DNA of 64,000 nucleotides from NCBI GenBank assembly GCA_963718895.1, contig CAVRAG010000008.1, forward strand, positions 1,056,001-1,120,000, given 5' to 3'. This DNA comes from an uncultured Nitrososphaerota archaeon. Its GTDB lineage: Archaea; Thermoproteota; Nitrososphaeria; Nitrososphaerales; Gagatemarchaeaceae. Both the position numbers and the translations under genes were made by a program. Position 1 is the stretch's first letter; each line of letters starts with the position of its first letter. Of the stretch, positions 1 through 8,577 are shown in pieces. Under the pieces are notes generated by a model that did no database searches, was not told the DNA's origin, and worked only from the letters and a program-made list of their open reading frames with translations.

Positions 1-2
1 TC

Positions 3-185
3 GTTCAGGTTACGTGCATGACGAACCTTCAACCCTTCGACAGCCCGCTCGAGCCTACGCTTACCGGAAATATGGTATCCCTAGGAGCTTTTCCGCTAGT
101 AGGACTGCTTATCCCAACGTTTACCACCTCGGATGAAGACAAGAACTCTGCAAGGCGCCACAATAGCATTGCAGAAGCGCGCTAG
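3..185 (+). CDS. 3' end of an ORF entering the window; shares a motif with the 514..1572 protein
   Basis: Frame from base 3 reads VQVTCMTNLQPFD... to TAG at 183-185; matches VEVPCLTNLPPFD in the next gene. Confidence 0.45.
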   Translation, partial: VQVTCMTNLQPFDSPLEPTLTGNMVSLGAFPLVGLLIPTFTTSDEDKNSARRHNSIAEAR

Positions 186-464
186 TTCGACAGTCGTGCT
201 CGCAAATAGCCGAGGGAGGTGAAGCAAGAACGAACTTCGCCTGTTGAGCTAGGAAGACCTGAAACATCAAGACGCCATGTTTACATTTAGCTTTCTTGAG
301 TTCTTCGATAGGGATGAACGCGCCCTGTACCACGTCGCTCTTGCTCCATGAACCGCATCAAGTTCAAGTTGTCCGACTATTCTCCCCAAAAGTAATGCTT
401 CTTACAGGTCCGTCCGTGACCAACGAGAAAATCCGTATAGTTGCCACAAATTAACTGCGAAAGT

Positions 465-486
465 TATCTGTGAAATATCTAAATAA
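465..486 (+). promoter_or_regulatory. Promoter/operator motif TATCTGTGAAATATCTAAATAA upstream of peptidase-like gene 514
   Basis: 17 nt identical to the motif at 3808-3824 (minus strand); BRE/TATA-like; about 30 nt before the ATG. Confidence 0.65.
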
Positions 487-513
487 TCAATACAGAAAAT
501 TTTTCTGACCACA

Positions 514-1572
514 ATGAAACCTAGAAGCAGAAAAGAAACAGCGGCCCTTGAAGCAGCAGCAATCTGCATTACAGCGTTGTTCCTGGGATTCGGCGCAGCT
601 CCAGTCCTCGCGAACACAACTGACGATTCGTCATCACCGAGCAGCTCCCCTCTCCCACAATTCCTCCAGAATTGGGAAGAAGCGAATCCCGCGTATAGTG
701 GTTGCGTAACTGGAAATGTACAACAGCAAACTGCAGTAGAAGTCCCGTGTCTAACCAATCTCCCACCTTTTGATGTGTTGCCGCCCTCAGTATCTGTTAA
801 CACCACATCTCAGGGAACCTCGAGCATTCCAGCATCAGAATCCGTAGAGGCGAGTAATCTATCCGTGGGTCCACTCATGGAGTATGGTCCGACTACCATC
901 AATTGCACTTCGACCTGCAATGCTGGAGGCGAGTTCTACTACTATGGACCGTACGCTGAAATGACCGGATACGTGACGGTGCCCTCAGCCCCCTCGAACG
1001 ACCCCGCCAAGGTAGGCGGTTGGATAGGCCTTTACAACTGCACTAACTCTGGATGTCCCAGTAAAACCCTCATCGTGCAATCAGGATTCGGGTTCGGTAC
1101 AGCATGGAACGGGACAACACCAGACATGTGGGTGGAAGTGTACGGCAACTTCAACTACAATGGTCACAACTGCTACACCAGCTTCTGCGGATACAAGATA
1201 GCGGTGACCGTTGGTGACTCACTCTACCTCTCCAACTTCTATTCCGGATCTGGCTACTGGACTGCCTACGTTCAAGACGACACGCACTCCGGGTATACCC
1301 TCTATCAAGTACCTGGGTCGACCGTTGGATTGACCGGCACTCTACCGTACGCAACTGTCGACATGGAGGCGATAGGTGCTTCGAGCAATTCGTACATACC
1401 TTCACCAATCCTCTTTGACACCCTAAATGTATACAATCCCATCGGAACCCAAGTCAACATTGATCCATTTGACATGTATCAATATATCAATCCAACCGCA
1501 TCATCCGGGGTGACAGAAACATTCTGGGGCCTAGGTAATACACAGACCGCCTCCGCCGAAATCTTCACTTAG
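514..1572 (+). CDS. Secreted glutamic peptidase family G1 (eqolisin/Peptidase_A4)-like protein
   Basis: Signal peptide; G1-ordered motifs TGYVTVPS, WIGL, LIVQSG (catalytic Q), MWVE, VGD, VDME (catalytic E). Confidence 0.6.
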   Translation: MKPRSRKETAALEAAAICITALFLGFGAAPVLANTTDDSSSPSSSPLPQFLQNWEEANPAYSGCVTGNVQQQTAVEVPCLTNLPPFDVLPPSVSVNTTSQGTSSIPASESVEASNLSVGPLMEYGPTTINCTSTCNAGGEFYYYGPYAEMTGYVTVPSAPSNDPAKVGGWIGLYNCTNSGCPSKTLIVQSGFGFGTAWNGTTPDMWVEVYGNFNYNGHNCYTSFCGYKIAVTVGDSLYLSNFYSGSGYWTAYVQDDTHSGYTLYQVPGSTVGLTGTLPYATVDMEAIGASSNSYIPSPILFDTLNVYNPIGTQVNIDPFDMYQYINPTASSGVTETFWGLGNTQTASAEIFT

Positions 1573-1611
1573 AATCAGGTCTTTTGGGAGAGACAGCCTC
1601 TCTCCCTTCTC

Positions 1612-2139
1612 TCATGTTTTCTCGGAACTCAGCTCATTCTCAAGAAGATTCAAGGCTACTCCTCCTTTCCCGGTCACCCCGTATAAGTTTGAACGCCCTT
1701 GTCTTGTTTGTATTTCGACTAGGCCCAGGTTTTGCATAAGTCTTACTTCCCTGTCAACCTCACGCCAATCGATGCCCGTTACGTCTGATATGTAGCCCCG
1801 ATGTCTTGGATTCCTTAGTACCTCTAGGATTCTCATCCTAGAGAGAGCGCCGCGCTTCTCTGTCATTAACCCAATGGTTGACTCGTCGAATCCTTCTCTC
1901 TTCCAATCTCTCCGATTCCCTCGCGATAGATGTAGAACGCTGTAGACTGACAAAATCCAAAAGGCGGCTGCTGCGGTTGCATAACCAATCCAGATACGCG
2001 ACTGTGTGGCAGAAAGCGCTTGCATCAGATTTGCATAGTTCTGTGGTAATCCGCTTGGTATTGTTGCTGCGGAGAGAAACGTCCAGAATGAGGCAGTAAG
2101 TATTAGGGCGATGGATAGAAGAATTGATTTCGACCGCAT
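1612..2139 (-). CDS. Membrane-anchored winged-helix (ArsR-like) transcription regulator
   Basis: Two N-terminal hydrophobic segments; C-terminal RGALSRMRILEVL...ISDVTGIDWREVDREVRLMQNLGLVE...YGVTGKG wHTH pattern. Confidence 0.7.
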   Translation of the reverse strand: MRSKSILLSIALILTASFWTFLSAATIPSGLPQNYANLMQALSATQSRIWIGYATAAAAFWILSVYSVLHLSRGNRRDWKREGFDESTIGLMTEKRGALSRMRILEVLRNPRHRGYISDVTGIDWREVDREVRLMQNLGLVEIQTRQGRSNLYGVTGKGGVALNLLENELSSEKT

Positions 2140-2664
2140 TTCTTTTCTTTAGCAAGAGAGAGCACGCTTCCAATAAGTCTTTCCCCGATTCTTGTTATTT
2201 CAGCGTTGGCTCACTGGGGTGTTAGGACAAGTGATTGCATCATGTCCATTATGCAAGATTGTCATCCTGACGCTCGGACAACCCATGCCGTCTTGCATTG
2301 GAGTTTCTGACCACGACAAGTTTGTTCCCCCACTTGTTCCAGCCGTACTCCTTGCGTTTGATTTCGTCGTAGGATTCCACCATGTCGACGTCGATTCAAT
2401 TGACGTCTTCGAGGCGAAGAAGATGGTGAAATGGCATGCTAAATCGGTCGACACGAGGCTCGTGTCATTGGGTTAGCCTCAAGAACTCCTCTTGCAGAAT
2501 CGTTCCCAAATTCGCAAGGACTTAGAACTCGGTACACGGCGTCCACCGGTTGTGGAACACCTACGGAACCTTATCTCGAATCGACCAAGGGGGAACTGAA
2601 TCAGATAGAACAAGCCCCTAGATTGGCCGAGTCTTTGCAAAACCCGAATGGTGCCTAGTTTCTA

Positions 2665-3780
2665 CTACCCAACGACTGTGAATGATGTAGATCCAGTTAT
2701 TTCGCCGTATGCTTCGAGCGATGATCCCTTGTATAGGTAGAGTAGGCCGACATTGTAACTCGAGCCGATGGAGACGTCACCGGCGCTAGTGTGTGGGCTC
2801 TCACCCCAACCGGTCAATGAAGGAGCAGACGGCGACCAGACGACGATTACCGGCGACGAAGTCCCGAGAGCCTCAAAGACTCCTTCTGTCTGAACAAACG
2901 TAGACTGAGAGGAACCCCCATTCGCGAGGCTAACCGTCAGGTAATAATCTGTAGAGCCGAAGCTCCATTGGAAAGTGGGACTTTGGCTTGTTTCAGTAAA
3001 TGAAAACACAAATTCCTCTTGAGTGCTATTGATGGATGTTGGATAAGTGCTGAGGTCTTTTTCAGTCTTGTTCGAGCCATGGAGGTCCGCGTAGAATAGC
3101 ACCCAAGTCATCGTGCCATGACCAGTGTAACTTCCACCACCGTTGCAGCCCGCATGGTTGTAGCAAACATTTATTCCGTTCTGAAGCAGATCTCCGCTGA
3201 CGTCATTACTTCCGCTTAGACCGGTCCAGAAACCCGTTGCACAGGATGAACCGGTCCAGCAACTACCATCCCAAGTCATGGTGCTTGGACCATACACCCC
3301 ACTTGTCTCTTGTGTATAGGCCGCGCTACCGCACTGAAGACCTCCATTGGATGCCACTGAAAAAGTGCAGTCGCCTGCCGCAGCCCCTGCCCAGTTACCA
3401 CTATCGCTTGTCGGATAACCGTCTTTGAGGTTACCAGAGGTGTCTCCCGGATTCAGGATGACAGTGTAGCCAACAGCAGCGTTGCCTACAACCTGAGAGA
3501 CACTCGCTGAGAACCCAGTGTAAGGATCCTTCATCAACTGCTGGTAAGATGCAAGAGTCATCGACATTTGACCATCACCTATGTAGTTTATTGTATAAGT
3601 TCCGGAGGGGTCCTTGACTATCTCAGTGTCCATAGGCGGAACGATGGAAGGAGTAAGGGTTGGCGAGATTGCGGAACTAGGTGTGCCTGGAAGCGCCTGG
3701 GCAGTCATTCCATTAAGTGAGAGTAGGGGGAGTAGAAGACCCAAACAAACGGCCGTTGAAAAAATCCTGGGGGGACTCAT
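2665..3780 (-). CDS. Secreted glutamic peptidase family G1-like protein
   Basis: Signal peptide from ATG 3780; SGNWAGA (mature N-terminus motif of G1 peptidases), WTGLSG, LLQNG, TEGVFE. Confidence 0.65.
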   Translation of the reverse strand: MSPPRIFSTAVCLGLLLPLLSLNGMTAQALPGTPSSAISPTLTPSIVPPMDTEIVKDPSGTYTINYIGDGQMSMTLASYQQLMKDPYTGFSASVSQVVGNAAVGYTVILNPGDTSGNLKDGYPTSDSGNWAGAAAGDCTFSVASNGGLQCGSAAYTQETSGVYGPSTMTWDGSCWTGSSCATGFWTGLSGSNDVSGDLLQNGINVCYNHAGCNGGGSYTGHGTMTWVLFYADLHGSNKTEKDLSTYPTSINSTQEEFVFSFTETSQSPTFQWSFGSTDYYLTVSLANGGSSQSTFVQTEGVFEALGTSSPVIVVWSPSAPSLTGWGESPHTSAGDVSIGSSYNVGLLYLYKGSSLEAYGEITGSTSFTVVG

Positions 3781-3802
3781 TGAGAAGAAAGAAGCTAACG
3801 CG

Positions 3803-3824
3803 TTATATAGATATTTCACAGATA
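3803..3824 (-). promoter_or_regulatory. Promoter/operator motif TATCTGTGAAATATCTATATAA upstream of peptidase-like gene 3780
   Basis: Second copy of the 465-486 motif, similarly spaced from its start codon. Confidence 0.65.
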
Positions 3825-3949
3825 GTTTCTCTACGAAATTATCTTATGAACGCGCTTTTCTCTAATCACTCATGCAACTCATTGCAAAACATTGTTTCTC
3901 TGGATGGGTATCTTTCTCCGCACGGAGGTTCAGATGCGTAACGGTCCTC

Positions 3950-4154
3950 TGAACTACCTAGACCTGAAGGCGTTAAGTCTAGAAATCCGTGAGCCTGGCT
4001 GCGCCTTTCTCCCGCTCCGCTTCGTCGAGTCGTCGAACTTCGTGCAGTGCTTCTTCTGGCTGTTCTGGACGTAGCATCCGACCGCCTCTGCCGTGATGGC
4101 GCCCACCTGCCTGTAGTAGCCGTCCGACCACAACGAGTCGCCCCACAGCTTCAC
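3950..4154 (-). mobile_element. tnpA: IS200/IS605-family remnant: TnpA (Y1) C-terminal fragment plus right-end hairpin
   Basis: LWGDSLWSDGYY-RQVGAITAEAVGCYVQNSQKKH is the Y1 transposase C-terminus; stem CTAGAC/GTCTAG (3958-3982) followed by GGTAGTTCA end on the minus strand. Confidence 0.75.
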
Positions 4155-4374
4155 TGTGCCCGCGTACAGCCATGCGGTACATCAGGATTCCAACGCCAAT
4201 GGAGGCGAAGACAAGGGCGATGGCCAACGAAGCTACTCCAAAGAGACCAGACGGGTTGGTCCGTCGCGGGGTAAGAAAGAGAGCGGAAGACTCGGTTCCA
4301 AGGAAGACCGGATATGAGATGGTCACCGCGGCGAGCGAAGCAATAACTTTAGCGATTTTTGAGAGCCTTGACAT
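3979..4374 (-). CDS. Small two-TM membrane protein whose 3' end reads through into the IS200 remnant
   Basis: ATG 4374; two hydrophobic helices; C-terminal part is out-of-frame IS sequence. Confidence 0.4.
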   Translation of the reverse strand: MSRLSKIAKVIASLAAVTISYPVFLGTESSALFLTPRRTNPSGLFGVASLAIALVFASIGVGILMYRMAVRGHSEAVGRLVVVGRLLQAGGRHHGRGGRMLRPEQPEEALHEVRRLDEAEREKGAARLTDF

Positions 4375-4439
4375 CGTGTGCTCATAGACGATGATATGCT
4401 CGGCAAAGGCCTCGTCGAGATGTCCCACCCTGCAGGGCG

Positions 4440-4675
4440 TGGGGGGGTGCATGGAACCACATCGGCGCAAGATGGAGCGCTGCCTCGTACACTACCTGAG
4501 GGAGCTGGAGGAGATGGTCAAGTACAAAGAGCGCTGGGAAGAGCTTCCCACCATTCGGAAAAAGCTGCGCAGAATACTCAGGGACGCGATTAGGACGGCT
4601 GATGAGCAGGACCACGGCGAGACGCTGAGGGCGAGGAGAGGCTCGAGGCGAGGATATATGCGCTCATCTCGTCAA
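4440..4675 (+). mobile_element. IS66-family transposase fragment (frameshifted)
   Basis: WGGAWNHIGARW / ERCLVHYLREL...RKKLRRILRDAIR...RLEARIYALI, resembling the IS66 QRCxxHxxR region. Confidence 0.65.
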
Positions 4676-4702
4676 GGTCGGCAGTCATGGTTTCGAAGAG
4701 AG

Positions 4703-6022
4703 CTAAGTATGACAGGAGCCCGAGTAAACCGCCGTAAAGGTTTGTCCCGAACTAGTTGCACTGAAGCTTCGCTGGCTATTCGTGTTGCCATTGTCCTGCC
4801 AATACGCGAAATCGCACGAACCGTAATTCTGCGGGTGGACAACGTACGACTGTCCAGAGACTAGTCCGGTAAAGGTCACATCGCTGTATCCCGAGGCTAT
4901 TACATTACCTGATTGACTAAGGGTGGTATAGTACCCTGATATTTGCTGTCCTGATGTGTTGATGGTATTGACAGTCACCGAGCCGTTACAGTCATACATG
5001 GCTTCGAACTCATTATGACTAGTGGCTGTGAACGAGAGAGGATCCGATGTAGAACCGCTGGACCATTGGGTAAACGTGCAATCTCCATAACTGTCTGCTT
5101 CTACCGTATAGGTTTCACCGCTCACTAAATCTCCAAACGCCATCGGTGTGAAATTCGAAACAACTAATGTCCCGCTTTGCTTTACCGCCGAGTAGAACCC
5201 GGTTATCGGTTCTCCGTTTTGATTCACGGAGCTTACCGTTATGTTCGACTGGGCGAAGAAGGGTTGTGTACATGCGTATGACTCTGTACAAGTCAACGAG
5301 CCATAGCCCATGTTGGATGAGTCGCCTGACCAAGTCTCCGAGAAGCACCGATTCGTAGAAATTGAGCCGCCGGGCATAGAATACGAGAACAGACCGTGAC
5401 CTGACGTGAAGTTCATTCCAGTACCGCCTTCGTCTGTAAGGATGACGCTGCTGTACTGCACTGGATTACCGGTCTGCTCTTCTGCAGGGAAGTCTATGGA
5501 ATGATTAGGCAGTTGTTCGACTCCATTGTCATAGATCTCCCACGTCACAGATGTAACTACTCCATTACTTACCGTTGGTATCATGTACAGCGTGATAGCC
5601 GAATTCGAAACGTTCCAAGTTCCAGTTACGTCTAAAGTACTTGCAGGAACGGCTTGATGATTTATCGACCCATTGTACAGATACTGTATGTACATCTGAC
5701 CGAAGTCAGAGCCATATATATTCGAAATGAATTGAAGATATGGGTCGTTTTGGGTTCCATTTGGATCACGGGTGTTCACGTTAAGCTGCCACCCATAATC
5801 GTTAATGTCTGCACCCTGGACTGACTTGAGCGGAGCGAGTTCATTGAAACTCTCCGACATGAATACATTCGAGCAACTCTTATCACTGTCTGTAAGTACC
5901 GAAACATTGTATATGCCGTTGCCCCCAGCACGGACGGCCACGGGCGATATCATCAATAAGCATAGGACAAGTACTACGCCGAGGAAAGTAGGTATCTTTG
6001 GCAGTTGGTTCGACCTAATCAT
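4703..6022 (-). CDS. Secreted protein: beta-rich N-domain (weakly thermopsin-like) plus two ~85-aa C-terminal repeats
   Basis: Signal peptide from ATG 6022; WQLNVNT...YLQF; repeats ending YGxCxFxxW...F(T/E)A(V/M)Y. Confidence 0.7.
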   Translation of the reverse strand: MIRSNQLPKIPTFLGVVLVLCLLMISPVAVRAGGNGIYNVSVLTDSDKSCSNVFMSESFNELAPLKSVQGADINDYGWQLNVNTRDPNGTQNDPYLQFISNIYGSDFGQMYIQYLYNGSINHQAVPASTLDVTGTWNVSNSAITLYMIPTVSNGVVTSVTWEIYDNGVEQLPNHSIDFPAEEQTGNPVQYSSVILTDEGGTGMNFTSGHGLFSYSMPGGSISTNRCFSETWSGDSSNMGYGSLTCTESYACTQPFFAQSNITVSSVNQNGEPITGFYSAVKQSGTLVVSNFTPMAFGDLVSGETYTVEADSYGDCTFTQWSSGSTSDPLSFTATSHNEFEAMYDCNGSVTVNTINTSGQQISGYYTTLSQSGNVIASGYSDVTFTGLVSGQSYVVHPQNYGSCDFAYWQDNGNTNSQRSFSATSSGQTFTAVYSGSCHT

Positions 6023-6722
6023 ATCCCCACATACTCGGGTTGTATGACAATGAGGTAGCCCCATTGGTCGATGGAAGGGTAAGCGGAAGTGATGCGATTG
6101 CAACTTCATAAGACCTGTACGTGGCATCGTGGTTCGAGTACACTTGAATTGCGCTTTGGCAATAGAATGCCAGCGCGACGGTCGTCCCCGGTGCGATATT
6201 CGCTTGGATAATCACGGTTAAGGCGCTTATCGTAGGACCAGAAACAGTCGACTGTCCAGATGGCGCAGGAGCACTTGTAATTTCGTAAGTGTCGTGACCA
6301 GAGAGCGTCCCATCGATATATGCAGCGACTGTGAAATTACTACCTAGGTTGGAAGTCATATCCTCATAGGCAACGACTTCAGCGGCGCCCAACCTAGTTG
6401 TCTGGTTTTCCCAGGTGAAGGTCGTCCAGACAAGGGTGTTTGCTGGGAAGAGTTCAGTCGTGGAATTGTTGTCAGGAACAACTCGGAAAAGCATTCTCTG
6501 CGGATTTGAATGAAACGTCGTAGTGTCAGTCTGGGAGGTCGTGGTGGTACTAGTCGAACTTGACGATGAGGAATTGGAAGTGACAGAGTCAGAAGTAGAA
6601 GTGGAACTTACAGTGGCCGATGCAGTAAGTCCCAGATACGCAACCGATGTAATAGATGCGACGACGATAATCATAGTCACGACAGTGCCGGCGAGAGTCA
6701 TTCCCCGTCGATGACCATTCAT
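6015..6722 (-). CDS. Membrane-anchored Ser/Thr-rich surface protein
   Basis: N-terminal TM, poly-S/T linker, beta-rich C-domain; stop overlaps start of next gene. Confidence 0.7.
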   Translation of the reverse strand: MNGHRRGMTLAGTVVTMIIVVASITSVAYLGLTASATVSSTSTSDSVTSNSSSSSSTSTTTTSQTDTTTFHSNPQRMLFRVVPDNNSTTELFPANTLVWTTFTWENQTTRLGAAEVVAYEDMTSNLGSNFTVAAYIDGTLSGHDTYEITSAPAPSGQSTVSGPTISALTVIIQANIAPGTTVALAFYCQSAIQVYSNHDATYRSYEVAIASLPLTLPSTNGATSLSYNPSMWGYD

Positions 6723-6866
6723 ACCCTGGATTCAGTACCAAGGTCAATATGAGCCTTGGGAAGGGACTTCCTAGTGCTTGGTTATATAGTGTTTCTTCAC
6801 GGGAAAATCTTGTTTTCCTTGATATTGGAATGAGTATCCTTTAGCATTTCAAACATCAGATTTCGA

Positions 6867-7250
6867 TTACCTAGGAAGCCACGTGCAAACTGTACTGTTC
6901 CATGCTGGACCGCCTGAGTTAAGAATCGAAGTCGTAGTAGTGGTCGAATAGCCCGCTGGATGTCCAACCGAAGTCGTGGTCGTGTAATCCGTTTCGAGGA
7001 CAGATCCCGTTTGGTTGGTCCCGTTCGAAACAATGAGTACTTGGAAGTTGGAAACAACGCAATTCAAGAGGTTCGCTCCTTGGCTTGGGGTGATCGTAGT
7101 TGTGTAAGTGCTCGTTAGAACGGTGACGTACGTACTCGTTTCAGTGGTAGTGGGCTTCAAGGCGTACACTGTTCCAAAACCAGCCAGCAGCATGACCACT
7201 GCTAGAGCAGCGATAATCAAACGGTTCCGTCGGGCAGGATTATCGCTCAA
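6867..7250 (-). CDS. Small membrane-anchored Thr-rich protein
   Basis: RRNR plus TM helix plus Thr tracts, Cys pair; start estimated at TTG 7250. Confidence 0.6.
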   Translation of the reverse strand: MSDNPARRNRLIIAALAVVMLLAGFGTVYALKPTTTETSTYVTVLTSTYTTTITPSQGANLLNCVVSNFQVLIVSNGTNQTGSVLETDYTTTTSVGHPAGYSTTTTTSILNSGGPAWNSTVCTWLPR

Positions 7251-7532
7251 ACAAAACTCCGATGCAAAACGGGCAGGACAGATTAATAGTTTTGCCCGAA
7301 CGCAGGAGATGGAGATGTGATTTTGAGCTGCTTTCATTCGAGGATCTTGCATGGCCTGGCCGCTAAGCAGTTATTGGGGCTAGACTTGTCTCAGTGTGCA
7401 CGTTGTGCACACGATTCGTCTCAAGACGGCCGTTTCTGTTGAGGATGATAAGCTCCCTCCTCTTGACCCTGTGATCTATTCCTGCCCTGAAGAAGGCCTT
7501 CAGGATGGTATTGACCACTTCGCTCCTATCCA

Positions 7533-7660
7533 GGAACCTACTGGCTCTGGCCCTCCTTGGCAGGCAGTCCATGATCTACGAAGTGGACCGGTCGAGAGGC
7601 AAGCACGTCCCCAGGAGGGTCCTCGGAGACTACCGAGGTACCGTGATCAGCGACTTCACC
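7533..7660 (+). mobile_element. IS66-family transposase fragment (frameshifted)
   Basis: GTYWLW / MIYEVDRSRGKHVPRRVLGDYRGTVISDF matches the IS66 W.W...Y...SRG...LG.Y.G.VxSD segment. Confidence 0.7.
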
Positions 7661-7699
7661 CGAGGATCTTGATGCAAGGCAGGATTCGTCGCTCGCGTC

Positions 7700-8092
7700 T
7701 CATGGAGATAACTGGCCAGTGATTTTCTTCTCGAGCTCTCGCTCGGCCGCCCTGATCTCCCGGACCTGCTTCCCGAGCCGCGAGGCGAACAGGTAGTTGA
7801 CCGTTCCCACGTAGAGCCAGGCCGCGCTGAGAGCCAACAGGGTGACCTCGAAGACGATCAGGCCGGGGTTGAGAAGGTCGACCGTCTGGTACCTGTCGCC
7901 GCCGACGAAGGGTAGGACTATCTGAGAGAAATAGGAAGCCGCCATCAGGAACGCGACGACGATGGTTATCGCCGAGAGGAACCTTATCCTCGATTGGCCG
8001 TTCTCGATGTGCTCGATGAGCTCCTCCTGGGCCTCGATCATCATCACCCCGGGCGACTTTTCGCGCCCCGCCTCCGATTCCGGTGCAGGCAT
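7700..8092 (-). CDS. Two-TM hypothetical membrane protein with C-terminal coiled coil
   Basis: 3' half of ORF 7700..8506; start ATG 8092 lies downstream of a TATA-like TTTTAT at 8121-8126. Confidence 0.7.
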   Translation of the reverse strand: MPAPESEAGREKSPGVMMIEAQEELIEHIENGQSRIRFLSAITIVVAFLMAASYFSQIVLPFVGGDRYQTVDLLNPGLIVFEVTLLALSAAWLYVGTVNYLFASRLGKQVREIRAAERELEKKITGQLSP

Positions 8093-8132
8093 CCTCCTTC
8101 GAGAGAGGCGGGCCATCGGCATAAAACGGTTC

Positions 8133-8147
8133 CTCATCAGTGGTGAG
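8133..8147. promoter_or_regulatory. Palindromic operator CTCATCA-G-TGGTGAG
   Basis: 14/15 identical to the perfect palindrome at 8515-8529; just upstream of the TATA of gene 8092. Confidence 0.65.
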
Positions 8148-8160
8148 TCTACGTCGGGAG

Positions 8161-8415
8161 CTAGGGGTGGAGCCGGTCCATCACCTTCCTGAAGTCCTGG
8201 TAGATCTGGTGGCCGTCGGGGGTCAGCGAGTATATCTCGTGTCCCTGCTCGCTGGACCTGCTGACCAGGCTCCTGGACTCCAGGAAGTCCGCCCACTTCA
8301 CGAAGTTGTCGTAGCTGAGGTTGCAGGTCTGGGCGATTCGGGTCGGGAGCTTCGGGCCCTCGAGGAGCGCGGCGAGGATGTCCATCATGATGACGAGGTC
8401 GGGTCTCCTCTTCAA
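8161..8415 (-). CDS. Small archaeal winged-helix transcription regulator (HTH_45-like)
   Basis: KRR...IMMDILAAL...PTRIAQTCNLSY...FLESRSLV...YSLTPDG. Confidence 0.85.
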   Translation of the reverse strand: MKRRPDLVIMMDILAALLEGPKLPTRIAQTCNLSYDNFVKWADFLESRSLVSRSSEQGHEIYSLTPDGHQIYQDFRKVMDRLHP

Positions 8416-8514
8416 GAGTACGCCCGTCCATAAGATCGGTCTCGATAGATAAACAAGGCTGATTGGCCTCCGTCAGCTCCCACAGCCACCCGTTTGCGGC
8501 ACTCATCTCTGATA

Positions 8515-8542
8515 CTCATCAGTGATGAGCACCACTGATGAG
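8515..8542. promoter_or_regulatory. Palindromic operator CTCATCA-G-TGATGAG plus extra half-site CACTGATGAG
   Basis: Perfect 7-1-7 palindrome at 8515-8529; 10-bp inverted repeat 8515-8524/8533-8542; upstream of TATA-like CTTTAGAT at 8550. Confidence 0.7.
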
Positions 8543-8577
8543 GAATTCTCTTTAGATGGGCTCCATCCTTTCGCTCC

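Noticed and set aside
121-333. 70-aa minus-strand ORF
   Set aside because: No motif, overlaps the better-supported plus-strand frame.
2192-2476. Short ORFs on both strands between the wHTH and peptidase genes
   Set aside because: No recognisable motif; possibly decayed sequence, cannot be supported.
4423-4450. Hairpin CCCACCCTGCAGGGCGTGGG resembling an IS605 end
   Set aside because: Overlaps the start of the IS66 coding remnant and lacks the flanking end motif.
7363-7572. Minus-strand ORF as a possible integrase fragment
   Set aside because: No R-H-R-Y catalytic motif; the opposite strand is better explained by IS66.
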